Shown piece after piece: positions 50,952 through 61,598 of a stretch of DNA of 64,000 bases. A program made the translations under genes and the position numbers. This DNA is from Thermoanaerobaculia bacterium. Its GTDB lineage: Bacteria > Acidobacteriota > Thermoanaerobaculia > Multivoradales > UBA5704. Every line of letters starts with the position of its first letter. The first letter of the stretch is position 1. The notes under the pieces were generated by a model, which worked only from the letters and a program-made list of their open reading frames with translations, ran no database searches and had not been told where the DNA came from. The stretch is from NCBI GenBank assembly GCA_035536455.1, contig DATLOC010000010.1, forward strand, positions 65,544 to 129,543, given 5' to 3'.

Positions 50952-53765
50952 ATGCCGCGACCCGTCGCTTGCACCATCATCGCCAACAACTACCTGGCGT
51001 TCGCGCGTGTCTTCGCCGCTTCCTTTCGCGAGCACCATCCGAACGGCGAGGTGCATGTTCTGGTGGTGGACGGCGCCGAGCCGCCGCACGACGCCCGCTC
51101 GGAGCCCTTCATCCGCCATTCCGTCGAGCGGCTGCAGATTCCCGACTTCCCGAACCTCGCCTTCCGCTACTCGCTGCTCGAGCTGAGCACCGCCCTCAAG
51201 CCCTCCTTCCTCGCCTATCTCCTCCGCTCTCTCGGTGTCCAGGGCGTCGCCTACTTCGACCCCGACATCCTCGTCACGGCCGACCTCGAGCCGGTCTTCG
51301 GGGCGCTCGCGACGCACGACCTCCTGCTCACTCCGCACATCACGGCGCCGCTCGAGGACGAGCGAGTGCCGGGCGAGCACGACATCCTGGTCTCCGGGGC
51401 GTACAACCTGGGCTTCGTCGCCGTCGCCGCCGGCGAGCGAAGCTTCGCGTTCCTCGACTGGTGGCGGCGGCGGCTCCACTTCGAGTGCTTGCACGACGTG
51501 GCGCGCGGGCTCTTCGTCGACCAGCGTTGGATGGATCTCGCGCCGGCCTTCGTGCCCCGGACTCGCATCCTGCACGACCCCGGGCTCAACGTCGCGTACT
51601 GGAACCTGCCCCACCGCCGCCTCGAGCGCCGGGAGGGCGCCTGGTGGGTCGAGGGCCAACCGCTGCGCTTCTTTCACTTCAGCGGCTTCGACCCGCTGCA
51701 GCCCCAGCGCCTCTCCCGTTTCCAGAACCGCTACGAATTCGCGGACCGCCCCGACATCGCGCCCCTCTTCGCCGAGTACGCGCGGCTGGTGGCGGCGGCG
51801 GGCCATGAACAGCTCAGCAAGACCCCTTATCGCTTCAGCCGCTTCGCCAACGGCGTCGCCGTCCCTGAGGTTGCGCGCCGGGCGCTGCAGGGCGCCGATC
51901 CCCACGGCCGGCGCTGGAACGATCCCTTCGCGACCACCGGACCCGACAGCTATTTCGAGTGGTTACGGGCGCCCGTCCTGGCCGACCACCAGCCCCCGCT
52001 GCCCCGCCTCGCGCTGCTGCTTTGGGACCGCCGTCCCGACCTGCAGGCGCGCTTCCCGCGGCCGGACGGCGCCGATCGCGTCGCGTTCGGCGAATGGTTC
52101 GTCGCCGCGGCCGCGCAGGAAGGGATCGATCCCGCCTTCGTGACGGCGCTCGCGGAGGGTCTCCGTCGGATCGGGGCCGGCCCGGTCGCGGCCGAGCGCG
52201 AAGCGGCCGCCGAGCGGCTGTTCGCGGCGCCCGGCGACGAGCGGGCACCGTTCGAGAGCGACGCGCGGGCCTTGACGCCCGATCTCGTCGCCTGGCTCAC
52301 CGCCGACGCCGGGTTCGAACCCGGCCGCAGGCCCCGCATCCCCCATTTCGCTCTCTCGCTGTACCGGCAGCGCGCAGACCTCCGGCGGGTCTTCCCCGAC
52401 CCGCTCGGACGCGACCGCGACGCCTTCGCCCTCTGGCTGGTCACCTCCGGACGGCTGGAGCACGGCTTGCCCGCGGCTCTCCTGGCTCCGACGCTTCGCA
52501 CCCTTTCTTGGCGGCGGCGCCTCTATGCCCGCCTCTGGTGGCACCGCCATCGACGAGAGGACCGGCGCGTCGAGCGTGTCGGGCCCCCGCCGGCCGCGGG
52601 CCCGACACCAGACGCCGACGCCAAGCCGGCAGCTCGACGCGAAATCGTCGCGCCCCGGCACGGCGTCAACGTGGTCGGATGGGCCGACGCGCCGACCGGC
52701 GTCGGCGAGGCCTGCCGCGGCACCTTGCGGGCGCTGGAGCATGCGGGCATCCCCCTCGCCCTGTACAACCTGGGCGGCTCGGCCGACAGCCCGCAGCGGG
52801 CCTCGCGGACCGCCGGCGAGCTCCCTTTCGAGACCATCCTCTATCACGTCAACGCCGACATGATGGAGACCGTCGGTCGGCAGCTTCCACGCGGCCTCAC
52901 GGCCGGACGGCGTGCGATCGGCTACTGGTTTTGGGAGCTCTCCTACTTCCCGCGGGAGTTCGCGCCCGCCTTCCGTCGCGTCGACGAGCTTTGGGCTCCC
53001 AGCCGCTTTTGTCTCGAGACGTTCCGGACCCTCGCACCGGTGCCGGTGCACTGGATGCCTCCTTGCGTGGCGCCGCCGAGCGCAAGTCCCCTCGATCGCT
53101 CGACGCTCGGCATCGACCCGGAATGCGTCCTGTTCCTGAATGTCTTCGACACGCTGAGCGTCCCCGAGCGCAAGAACCCTTTCGGCCTCCTTGCGGCATT
53201 TGCCGAGGTCGCCACGCGCAGCGCCGTGCCCGTTCACCTCGCGCTCAAGATCACGCACGCGGAGGCCGAGCCGGAACTCATCGCCGAGCTCCAGGAGCGG
53301 GCGCGCGGGTCCCCTGTCACGCTCTTGACCGGCGGCATGACGCGCGCCGAGCTCGACGCCCTGCTCGCGACCTGCGACGCCTACGTGTCACTCCATCGCT
53401 CGGAGGGACTGGGGCTGCCGCTGATCGAGGCCCTGTACTTGGACAAGCCCGTCATCGCGACCGGCTACGGGGGCGTCACCGACTTCTTCGACGAGTCGAC
53501 CGGCTTCGTCGTGAGCCACCGCCTCGTCGCGCTCGAACGGCCGCGCGGCCCCTACCCGTCGGGAAGCGTGTGGGCCGATCCGGACCTCGAGCACGCCGCC
53601 GGGCTGATGCTCGAGGTCGCCGCCGATCCGCAGCGAGCCGCGGCCCGCGGCCGGGCCGGGCACGAGCGCGTCGCCGCCCTCTACGGCGTCGAGGCCGCAG
53701 CGGCTCGCTTCCGCGCCCGGCTGGGCGCAGTGACGACGAGCGTCGCATCGTGCGTGCTCGTATAG
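50952..53765 (+). CDS. Large multidomain glycosyltransferase: N-terminal nucleotide-diphospho-sugar transferase-like domain (DxD), central helical region, C-terminal GT4 domain
   Basis: N-terminus TIIANNYLAFARVFAASF...YFDPDILV (DxD). C-terminus ...YVSLHRSEGLGLPLIEALYLDKPVIATGYGGVTDF (GT4). 937 aa. Confidence 0.7.
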   Translation: MPRPVACTIIANNYLAFARVFAASFREHHPNGEVHVLVVDGAEPPHDARSEPFIRHSVERLQIPDFPNLAFRYSLLELSTALKPSFLAYLLRSLGVQGVAYFDPDILVTADLEPVFGALATHDLLLTPHITAPLEDERVPGEHDILVSGAYNLGFVAVAAGERSFAFLDWWRRRLHFECLHDVARGLFVDQRWMDLAPAFVPRTRILHDPGLNVAYWNLPHRRLERREGAWWVEGQPLRFFHFSGFDPLQPQRLSRFQNRYEFADRPDIAPLFAEYARLVAAAGHEQLSKTPYRFSRFANGVAVPEVARRALQGADPHGRRWNDPFATTGPDSYFEWLRAPVLADHQPPLPRLALLLWDRRPDLQARFPRPDGADRVAFGEWFVAAAAQEGIDPAFVTALAEGLRRIGAGPVAAEREAAAERLFAAPGDERAPFESDARALTPDLVAWLTADAGFEPGRRPRIPHFALSLYRQRADLRRVFPDPLGRDRDAFALWLVTSGRLEHGLPAALLAPTLRTLSWRRRLYARLWWHRHRREDRRVERVGPPPAAGPTPDADAKPAARREIVAPRHGVNVVGWADAPTGVGEACRGTLRALEHAGIPLALYNLGGSADSPQRASRTAGELPFETILYHVNADMMETVGRQLPRGLTAGRRAIGYWFWELSYFPREFAPAFRRVDELWAPSRFCLETFRTLAPVPVHWMPPCVAPPSASPLDRSTLGIDPECVLFLNVFDTLSVPERKNPFGLLAAFAEVATRSAVPVHLALKITHAEAEPELIAELQERARGSPVTLLTGGMTRAELDALLATCDAYVSLHRSEGLGLPLIEALYLDKPVIATGYGGVTDFFDESTGFVVSHRLVALERPRGPYPSGSVWADPDLEHAAGLMLEVAADPQRAAARGRAGHERVAALYGVEAAAARFRARLGAVTTSVASCVLV

Positions 53766-53856
53766 CCTTCCGGTCCGGGGCGGACGGTGCGGTGGCGGAC
53801 CGCAGCGCAGATCTGCTAGCGTTAACCGTCGCTTTGGCCAATCGAGAAACTACCGC

Positions 53857-54603
53857 GTGTCCGAGCTGAGCTCCGCCCAGATCCGCGAGCTCGTCGCGTC
53901 AGTTCCCCACTGGCACCACATCTTCGCTTTCCCGCAGGGAATCACTACGCCGGGTGCCTACGACCCCCGCGACCTCTTCTCCCGCCTCCGTTTCCCCGAT
54001 CTCAGTGGCAAGCGAGTGCTCGACGTGGGGACCCGCGACGGGTTTTTTGCATTCGAGTGCGAGCGCCGCGGCGCCCATGTGGTGGCTCTCGATCACGTGG
54101 ACGCGGAGAAGACCGGCTTCGCGGTGGCCCGGCGCATTCTCGGGTCGCAGGTAGAGTACGTTCGCGCCAACGTCTACGACCTGACGCCGGAGGAGTTCGG
54201 CCACTTCGACGTGATCCTCTTCCTCGGCGTCCTCTATCACCTGCGCCACCCGCTGCTCGCGCTCGACCGGCTGCGCGCTATGGCGAAGAACCTGCTGATC
54301 GTCGAGTCCCTGGTGTGCGACTCGAGCTTCTTTGTCGGCTACGGCGAGGCGAGGCCCCTGGCCTCCTTCGCTCCTGAGCTAGCGGACCTGCCGCTGGCCC
54401 AGTTCCTGGTCGCTAACCGTTTCCACCCCGACTGGACCAACAAGTGGTCCCCGAACGTGGCCTGTCTCAAGGCGCTGCTCGAAGATGCCCTCTTCGCGCC
54501 CACCGCGGTCGAGGTGTGGGGAGAACGGGCTCTGGTGCACGCCCGCGTCGCCGAGGACCCCGGTCTCAGCCGGCGCGCACAGCTCGACGCGGGACTCGCA
54601 TGA
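53857..54603 (+). CDS. Class I SAM-dependent methyltransferase (DUF1698/Methyltransf_23-like)
   Basis: KRVLDVGTRDGFFAFECERRGAHVVALD. GTG start. ATGA overlap with the downstream gene. Confidence 0.65.
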   Translation: MSELSSAQIRELVASVPHWHHIFAFPQGITTPGAYDPRDLFSRLRFPDLSGKRVLDVGTRDGFFAFECERRGAHVVALDHVDAEKTGFAVARRILGSQVEYVRANVYDLTPEEFGHFDVILFLGVLYHLRHPLLALDRLRAMAKNLLIVESLVCDSSFFVGYGEARPLASFAPELADLPLAQFLVANRFHPDWTNKWSPNVACLKALLEDALFAPTAVEVWGERALVHARVAEDPGLSRRAQLDAGLA

Positions 54604-55577
54604 CACGAGGCATGATCGACCGGGTGTTCGCCAGGTCGGCTCAAGCCCTCCTCCTGCTGGGGGTCTGCAGCGCGCTCCTCCTCACCGGCTGCGGTCGCCG
54701 GACTGAGGACGCCGCCGTGAAAAGAACCGCCTCACCCGCGGATTTCGACGGCGACAAGGTCTCCGACTGGTTCATCTACCGGAGCGGTGGCTGGGTGTAC
54801 TACGGACCCTCTACAGGGACGGATGCCCTGCCCGCGGTGAGGACTGAAGCGCCCGACTCGAACTGCATCCCCGCTCCGGCCGACTACGACGGTGACGGCA
54901 AGATCGATCTCTCGCAACAGTGCGGGGGAGTCTGGCACTTCTACGATGCGGACGGCACTTATCGCAAGGGCATTTGGACGGGAGGGCTGCCGGGGGACCT
55001 CCCCGTCCCTGCCGATTACGACGGCGACGGCGATGCCGACATCGTGGTCTTCCGCGCCGGCTCCTGGATGTTTTATGACTTCGCGAGCGGCACCTGCACG
55101 CGCGGCCTCTGGACCGGTCCGGGAGCCGGGGGCATACCCATTCCCATGGACTACGACGGGGACGGACGCGCCGACTTCACGGTCTACCAGAACGGCGCTT
55201 GGCATTTCTACAACGACGACGGCACCCACGACAAAGGAATCTGGACGGGCGGCGTCGCTGGGGACGTGCCGGTACCCGGGGATTACCACGGCGTCGGCCG
55301 GGAGGAAGTGGTGATCTTCCGTGGCGGATCCTGGCTGTTCTATAGCCTGGAAACACAGAAGCAAACTTCAGACAGCGTATGGACCGGCGCCAACGCTTCT
55401 CCCGACACACCGTTGCAGCCGGCTCCCCTGGACCTCGACGGCGATGGCACGCTGGAGTTCACCGTCTATGCCGGAGGACCCTGGCACTTCTACGAGGATG
55501 ACGGCACGTATCGCAAAGGTGTTTGGACCGGCGGCGTGGCCAACGACCAGCCGATTTCCCGGCGCCAGCTCCCTTAA
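54599..55577 (+). CDS. Lipoprotein with FG-GAP-like repeats (DYDGDGxxD + G-W-x-FY blades; integrin-alpha-type beta-propeller)
   Basis: Signal and lipobox MTRGMIDRVFARSAQALLLLGVCSALLLTGC. Seven or more repeats of the pattern PxDYDGDG(K/R)xDxxVxxxGxWxFY...G.WTGG. Confidence 0.75.
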
Positions 55578-57955
55578 CCGCACCCGTTCTGCCGCGTACG
55601 TTCCCAACCGATGACATCGACGCGCGATGCCAAGTGAGGCGTCCCCTTTTCGCCGAACCAAGCGACTAGCTCCTGGAGCAGATCGAGCTGGAGGTCGTAG
55701 CTACCCGGAATGACTGGCGTGATGACACGTGCCACCAGGGTGATCGACTCGCCAGGGGAGAGGCGTCGTGGGAGGTCGATCCGGTTGCCCTTACTTCCGA
55801 TCATCCGGCCTTCCCGCTCCCACCAATACCCAAGCCGTATCGCGTAGCGCCCGTCGGCGCCGGTCGAGGCGCGGTTGGGCCAGACGTGCGTCCCGGCGTT
55901 CTTGATCGTCACCAGGACCGGGACTACCTCCCCCGCCGCGACGCGTCCCGGGATCTTGGAATGAAGCCACGTCAGCTGGAAGGCGCTGTCGGGGAGAGGC
56001 CCGAGCGGCTCCACCTGAGCGCGCGACTTGACCGGTGAAGCGAGCGCAAGCTCCTCCACGAGAGCCGACACCCTCGCGCCGAGGAGCGCCAGGTCGTAGC
56101 GCTCGCAGACGTGACGGCGCGCCTCCTCGCCGAGCGCCGCGCGCACCGACTCGTCGTCGAGGAGAGCCTCGATCTCACGTTCCATCGCCGGCAGGTCGAG
56201 ATAGGGGACCACGCGTCCCGCCTCGCGGCAGAACTCCGGGGCTCCTCCCGCCCGGTCGAAGCAGAGGGCAGGCTTGCCGAGCGCGGCCGCCTCCAGCAAG
56301 ACGAGCGGGAAAGGGTCCTCGCGTGAGGTCAGGAGGAAGAGGTCGGCGGCGTCGATTACCGGGAGCGGATCAACGCGCTCGCCCAGGAAGAAAATCCGCG
56401 GCGGGTGCCCGAGCTTGGCCAGGTCATGGTTCAGCCGCAGCTCCTCGATGGACGAGGAGGTCCCCCCTACCCAAGCGAAGGCGACATCGGGGCGGCGGGC
56501 GGTAAGGACGTGCCCCACTTGGATGAAGAGATCCGTCCCCTTCCGCCAGTCTGCCGTCCCCGCCCCGACGACGATCCGCGTTTCCGGAGTGAGCCCCAGC
56601 TCGGCTTTGAGCGCGCGGGCGTGTTCGGGTGTCGAGCGCGCGGCGAGCGCCGCCGTGTCGACCGCCTCGTGGAAGACCACCACTTTCTCTGCGGGGATAC
56701 CCTCGTTCTCGACGAGGTTCGAACGAACCGCCTCCGAGCAGGCGACGAAGCGCGAGGTGCGCCGTGCCTGCTCGCGGAAAAGCTCCCTGCCGAAGGCCGA
56801 GAGGGCGTACGAGAGCTCATGCACGTGGCTGATGACCGGCAGCTCGTCGTGCCCGAGGCGGGCAAGGAACGAGCCGTTCGTCGCCGTGTTTGCCCAGACG
56901 AGCGAGACGCTGTCGCAGAAGGCGGGATCGAAGAGCGACTCAGTGGTCACGACGGTGTCCCCGACGGCGCGGAACTCCGCTTCGAGCGGCCCCTCGTCCC
57001 GCAGGACGAAGCGAGGCTCGACACAGCCGTGGCTCTTCAGCCAGGTGGCGAGCCTGAGGAGCATGAGCGGCGCGCCGGTGCGCGTCGCCCCGTGAGAGAG
57101 GAAGAGGACCTGCCGCGCGGGCGGCGTCGGGGCCGCGATCGCTCTGAGCGCGGTGCACGCCTCCGAGAACGCCTCGAGCGCCTCGGGGCTCTCTCCCTCG
57201 TCCACCAGGCGACGCGCGACGGCCGCTACTTCCTCCGCCGCGGCGGCGAGCGCCTCGCCGGCGTCCTCTGGCGGCGGGGGCCGCCGCCAATGGCGCCCCG
57301 AGGGAGAGAGAAACGACATGAGGACGCCGCGGGCATCCTCCGGTGAGACGGGAAATGAGAGCTCGAGTGCAGCGGACAGCCTCGAGAGCTCGGCGACGCC
57401 GTCCTCGAGGAGCCGGTCGAGGCTCGAGAAGGCTCGCGGACGACCGCGCGTTAGGCGCTCGGCCTCCGAGACGTGCCGCTCCCAGAGCGCGAGCGCCTCG
57501 CGCGTCGGGACGGCGCTCCGCACGGCGAGCGAGCGGACCACCTCCCATGGGGATCGAAAGACGAGAGCGAAGCGACGCTCGACGCCGAGATCGTCGAGAA
57601 GCTCTTCCCACAGCGGCAAGAGGACCGAGAGGCGCGGGTCTTTCACTCCCCACAGCGGAACATCCGCGAACTCTCTCCGCAGCACCCCAGCGAGCCTCTC
57701 CCTGGCCGCGCGAGCCTCTGGCCGCTCGCGCCAATCGGCGGGGAGCGGGGCCAGGTCGAGGTGCGAAGCGCCGAGCGCCGCGAGGAGCTCGTCGTGGATC
57801 TCGACCACTTCGCGGAGCTCCCAGAAACCGCGCTCGTTGTCCGGACCAGGGGGGAGCAGAGGCCCGCCGAACGAGACTCCCAAGTGATGGAGCGCCCCCG
57901 CCAGCGCGGAGGTGCCGCTCCGGTGCATCCCCAGGACAATGACAGCGATGCCCAT
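55574..57955 (-). CDS. Sulfotransferase domain fused to GT4 glycosyltransferase and a C-terminal domain of unknown function
   Basis: N-terminus MGIAVIVLGMHRSGTSALAG (PAPS 5'-PSB-like motif, Sulfotransfer_3-like). Central ...DLFLLTSREDPFPLVLLEAAALGKPALCFD (GT4). Start taken at the ATG at 57955. An upstream ATG at 58012 is also possible. Confidence 0.6.
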   Translation of the reverse strand: MGIAVIVLGMHRSGTSALAGALHHLGVSFGGPLLPPGPDNERGFWELREVVEIHDELLAALGASHLDLAPLPADWRERPEARAARERLAGVLRREFADVPLWGVKDPRLSVLLPLWEELLDDLGVERRFALVFRSPWEVVRSLAVRSAVPTREALALWERHVSEAERLTRGRPRAFSSLDRLLEDGVAELSRLSAALELSFPVSPEDARGVLMSFLSPSGRHWRRPPPPEDAGEALAAAAEEVAAVARRLVDEGESPEALEAFSEACTALRAIAAPTPPARQVLFLSHGATRTGAPLMLLRLATWLKSHGCVEPRFVLRDEGPLEAEFRAVGDTVVTTESLFDPAFCDSVSLVWANTATNGSFLARLGHDELPVISHVHELSYALSAFGRELFREQARRTSRFVACSEAVRSNLVENEGIPAEKVVVFHEAVDTAALAARSTPEHARALKAELGLTPETRIVVGAGTADWRKGTDLFIQVGHVLTARRPDVAFAWVGGTSSSIEELRLNHDLAKLGHPPRIFFLGERVDPLPVIDAADLFLLTSREDPFPLVLLEAAALGKPALCFDRAGGAPEFCREAGRVVPYLDLPAMEREIEALLDDESVRAALGEEARRHVCERYDLALLGARVSALVEELALASPVKSRAQVEPLGPLPDSAFQLTWLHSKIPGRVAAGEVVPVLVTIKNAGTHVWPNRASTGADGRYAIRLGYWWEREGRMIGSKGNRIDLPRRLSPGESITLVARVITPVIPGSYDLQLDLLQELVAWFGEKGTPHLASRVDVIGWERTRQNGCG

Positions 57956-58072
57956 CGTAGCGTCAGGCCTTGGCTGCGAGGATCTCCAGGGTGCGCGCTC
58001 GTCGCGACCCATCGACGCGGCGCATTCTCGCGCGCCCGCCGCGCCTGGACAAGGTGACCTGCCGCTCTCGCC

Positions 58073-58798
58073 TCAACCCAGCCACCTGCGGCGCAGCGCC
58101 CAGAGGTACCAGCGCAGGTAGTGCGGGAGCCAGGCGAGGAGGCGGAAGCGGCTCTTGCCGGCGCTGCGGTCCCGCCAGGTGGCGGGAACCTCCTCGACGC
58201 GCTCGCCGCCGAAGTGCGCCTTCACCGTGAGCTCCAACGCCAAGCAGAACCCCGCCTTGCTCTCGATGGGCGTGCAGGCGAGGAAGTCGCTGCGGTAGGC
58301 CTTGTAGCTGTTCGTGGGGTCGCGCGTCGGCAGCCCGGCCAAGCGGTGGAGGGTGAGGCCGGCGGCGCGGCTGAGCAGCCCCTTCAACGGGGGTCCGCCG
58401 ATCTGCCGGCCGCCCGGCATGTAGCGGCTGGGGGAGACCACCGCCGCTCCCGACTCGGCGCGGGCCACGATCTCTTCCACGATCCGGAAGTCGTCCGAGA
58501 GGTCCGCCATGATGACGACCACGACCGGGGTACGAGCGGCCTGCATCCCGGCCTCGATGGCGTAGCGGGCGCCTCGGCCCAAAGTGTTGTGGACGAGGCG
58601 AACCACCGGCGGCTTGTCGTCCGCGGGCAGGGCGCTGAGGGCCGGCAGCGTCCGGTCCTCCTCCATGTCGTAGCAGACCAGCAGCTCGTAGCCCGGCGGG
58701 AACGACTCGCGGACCGCGCGGCACAGGGGGCCGATGTTCTCGGCTTCGTTGAAGACCGGCACCACCACCGAGTAGCGGAGAGGCGCCGGGTCGCTCAC
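58073..58798 (-). CDS. Glycosyltransferase family 2 (polyprenol-phosphate sugar transferase-like)
   Basis: YSVVVPVFNEAENIGPL...LLVCYDMEED...VVIMADLSDD. GTGA overlap with the upstream methyltransferase stop. The longer ORF-track N-terminus is read-through. Confidence 0.8.
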   Translation of the reverse strand: MSDPAPLRYSVVVPVFNEAENIGPLCRAVRESFPPGYELLVCYDMEEDRTLPALSALPADDKPPVVRLVHNTLGRGARYAIEAGMQAARTPVVVVIMADLSDDFRIVEEIVARAESGAAVVSPSRYMPGGRQIGGPPLKGLLSRAAGLTLHRLAGLPTRDPTNSYKAYRSDFLACTPIESKAGFCLALELTVKAHFGGERVEEVPATWRDRSAGKSRFRLLAWLPHYLRWYLWALRRRWLG

Positions 58799-59556
58799 GG
58801 CTTGCGGCCCCAGGTGACCGCGAAGCTGCCGAACCAGCGACCCAGCCCGACCGCTTCCCACAGCCGGTCGGCCCGGTTGTAGAGCGACAGCAGCGCATTG
58901 AAGCCCCTGGGGGCCACCGCGCGGTAGGGCAGGTCCGATTGGCAACGCTGGCCGATCGCGCCGTAGCCCGCCGCCGAGAAATCCTCGCGCAGCGCCCGCG
59001 GCAGCAGGGGCCGCTCGTCGGGGCTCACCCCTTCGGCGCGATAGAACGGGCTCTTCGGATGCCGGAAGAGCAGCATGGCAGGATGCAGGAGGTTGGGATC
59101 GAAGGCGAAGACTAAACCACCCGGCCGCAGTACGCGCGCCGCTTCGGCGAGGGCCCTCCGGCGATCGGCGATGTGGTGGAGCACGCTGCTGAAGGCGACG
59201 ACGTCGAAGCTCTCGTCGTGAAAGGGAAGGCGGAGCGCGTCGCCCTGGAGCCACGACGAGTCGAGAAAACGGCGGCGGGCAAGGCGCAGGGCGCCGAGAG
59301 AGAGGTCGATGCCGGCGTAGCGCGAGCAGCGGTCGACGTAGGTACGCCGCGATCGACCCGTGCCGCAGCCGACGTCGAGGACGCTCAGGCCGATCTCGGG
59401 GGCGACGGCGGCGAAGCGGCTCGCCAAGGTCTGCCAGCCGCGGTCGGTGAAGGGGTTGAAGTCGCCGCTCGCTTCGACGATGCGGTCGAAATGGCGGCCC
59501 TCGCGCCGGGCGGCCGACGAGCGGTTACCGCCTTCTGCTGTCGGGGGTGGGCACAA
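58795..59556 (-). CDS. Class I SAM-dependent methyltransferase (Methyltransf_11)
   Basis: VLDVGCGTGRS motif I. Start chosen at TTG 59556, preceded by AGGAG plus 7 nt. The ORF-track TTG at 59595 would collide with the divergent gene. Confidence 0.65.
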   Translation of the reverse strand: MCPPPTAEGGNRSSAARREGRHFDRIVEASGDFNPFTDRGWQTLASRFAAVAPEIGLSVLDVGCGTGRSRRTYVDRCSRYAGIDLSLGALRLARRRFLDSSWLQGDALRLPFHDESFDVVAFSSVLHHIADRRRALAEAARVLRPGGLVFAFDPNLLHPAMLLFRHPKSPFYRAEGVSPDERPLLPRALREDFSAAGYGAIGQRCQSDLPYRAVAPRGFNALLSLYNRADRLWEAVGLGRWFGSFAVTWGRKP

Positions 59557-59594
59557 ACCGCAACTCCTATACCATCCGCCCGCCGGCAAGCGCA

Positions 59595-60551
59595 ATGCTC
59601 TTCCTCCGCAAGCGCCCCACGCTCGAGGTCCACGTCCCGGTGAGTCCCACCCGGACGTTCCTCAACATGGCGCACTACCTGACGCGCTCGCTGCGCGCCC
59701 GCGGGGGCCGCTACCGCGACGCGCCGGTCGTCCTGACCGTCGGCGCGGAAAGGCGCGATCCCGACCTCGCTCGCAACCACCCCTGGATGGCCGCCAACGG
59801 CGTCGAGGTCCGCTGGATCGACGAGGCGCTGTTCGCGCGCGAAACCTGGTATGCCACCGCGTGCGAGCGCTTCCGCTACGAGTTCAAGAGTGATGTAGTG
59901 CTGGCGCTGGACGCCGATACCCTGATCGCCGGCCCTCTCGATGAGCTGGTCGAAGAGGCCCAGCGGACGGGGGCGGTGTGCGGCGTCGTGGCGCACGTGC
60001 CGCCGCTATCGACTCGCGAGCAGTGGCAGACGATCTATCGCGCCTGCGGCCTGGGCGAGCTCGAGACCCCCTGCGAGCACACCGGCTGGGGCTACATGTT
60101 CCAGAACGAGTCGCTGCGCCATTGCCCGCCGTACTTCAACCTCGGCGTGCTGGCCGCCTCGGCGCCGGCGATGCGGGACATCGGCAGCGCTATCTACGAG
60201 CTGATGGCGGCCGTCGACGCCGTCCACCGCACGAGCTTCCGCGTCCAGTTGGCGGTCTCGCTCGCGGTGACGCGGTTCGGTCTGCCCTTCCGCGCCCTGC
60301 CCTTTCGTTGGAACTTCGTCAACGATCCCCTGCTCGAGGCGCTCCATGCCGCGGAGCTGGGGGACGTCCGCATCATCCATCTCTTGCGCAAGCATCAGGT
60401 CGACAAGGAGGAGCTCTACTCCAGCCTGGACAACGTCGAGGCGATGCTCGCCCGCACCGATCTGCGGGTGATCAACGCGCTCGCCCAGCGATTGCTCGGC
60501 GAGATCCACCCGCGGGTCAAGGCCGAGGACGCCGCCCGGCCCGGCGCATGA
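59595..60551 (+). CDS. Putative GT-A-fold nucleotide-sugar transferase (DxD motif), hypothetical
   Basis: ...FKSDVVLALDADTLIAG... (DxD). No strong family match. ATG at 59595; GTG at 59547 is an alternative. Confidence 0.45.
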   Translation: MLFLRKRPTLEVHVPVSPTRTFLNMAHYLTRSLRARGGRYRDAPVVLTVGAERRDPDLARNHPWMAANGVEVRWIDEALFARETWYATACERFRYEFKSDVVLALDADTLIAGPLDELVEEAQRTGAVCGVVAHVPPLSTREQWQTIYRACGLGELETPCEHTGWGYMFQNESLRHCPPYFNLGVLAASAPAMRDIGSAIYELMAAVDAVHRTSFRVQLAVSLAVTRFGLPFRALPFRWNFVNDPLLEALHAAELGDVRIIHLLRKHQVDKEELYSSLDNVEAMLARTDLRVINALAQRLLGEIHPRVKAEDAARPGA

Positions 60552-61591
60552 TCGCCTTCGTCGAGGCCAAGCGTCCGGACTACGAGCACGTCCGGGACCT
60601 GCTCGCGCGCAGTGAGGCGAGCGGTGTGTGGTCGAACTTCGGCCCCCTGTCCCTGCAGCTCGAAGAGACCGTGACGGAGCTGTTGGCCCTACCGCGCGAC
60701 CGCCGGGTGGTGGCCTGCGCCAGCGGCACCGCGGCCCTCCACGGCCTCGTTCAACTCTACGAGCACCTCGCCGGGCGTCCGCTGCGCTGGGTCGTCTCGG
60801 CCTTCACCTTCTACGCCCAACGGCAGGGTCCGCTCGCCGCCGCGCGGGTGCTCGACTGCGACGCACAGGGGTTCCTCGATCTCGATGCGCTCGCCGCCCT
60901 GTCCACCGACTCGTACGACGGCATCGTGGTGACCAACCTGTTCGGGACGGCGGCCCACGTCGAACGCTACGAGGACCTCGCGGCGCGCGCCGGCAAGGTC
61001 CTCCTCTTCGACTCGGCCACCTGCTTCGGCTCGCGGCACCCCGGCAGGCCCTTCGGCACCCTCGGCGCGGGGGAGCTCTTCAGCTTCCATCACACCAAGC
61101 CTTGCGGCTTCGGTGAGGGAGGGTGCGCCGTGGTGCCTGCCGAGCTCGAGGACACGTTCCGCTCGCTGATCAATTTCGGGCTCTACCGGGGGATCGACAC
61201 CGGCGCGCGATCGAGCAATGGCAAGATGTCCGACGTGGCCGCCGCCTTCATCCTCGACCGGCTCTCTCGTCGCGACGCGATCCGCACGGCCCACCTGCAG
61301 CAGTTCCGGCGTTTGGCCGGCATTGCCCGCGCTCTCGGCCTCGAGCTCCTCGTCGACGGCGGGAACGAGGGGTCGTTTCCGAGCCTCGTGGCGGTCCTCT
61401 TTCCCCATCCGGTGGGGCTCGAGCGGCTGTCAGGCGGCCCGCTGGTCGTTCACAAGTACTACCGGTCGGTGGCGTCCCGGCCTCGAGCCGACGCGCTCTA
61501 CGCGCACGTGGTGTGCTTTCCGTGCCATAGCGGCGTGGTCCAGGTCCCGGACGACGAGCTGCTCACGGCCTTGAGTGTCTTGGCTCAATAA
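60548..61591 (+). CDS. DegT/DnrJ/EryC1/StrS-family PLP-dependent aminotransferase (sugar aminotransferase)
   Basis: ...VVACASGTAALH...GELFSFHHTKPCGFGEGG (catalytic Lys region). ATGA overlap with the upstream gene. The ORF-track extension to 59978 is read-through. Confidence 0.8.
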   Translation: MIAFVEAKRPDYEHVRDLLARSEASGVWSNFGPLSLQLEETVTELLALPRDRRVVACASGTAALHGLVQLYEHLAGRPLRWVVSAFTFYAQRQGPLAAARVLDCDAQGFLDLDALAALSTDSYDGIVVTNLFGTAAHVERYEDLAARAGKVLLFDSATCFGSRHPGRPFGTLGAGELFSFHHTKPCGFGEGGCAVVPAELEDTFRSLINFGLYRGIDTGARSSNGKMSDVAAAFILDRLSRRDAIRTAHLQQFRRLAGIARALGLELLVDGGNEGSFPSLVAVLFPHPVGLERLSGGPLVVHKYYRSVASRPRADALYAHVVCFPCHSGVVQVPDDELLTALSVLAQ

Positions 61592-61598
61592 CGGAGGG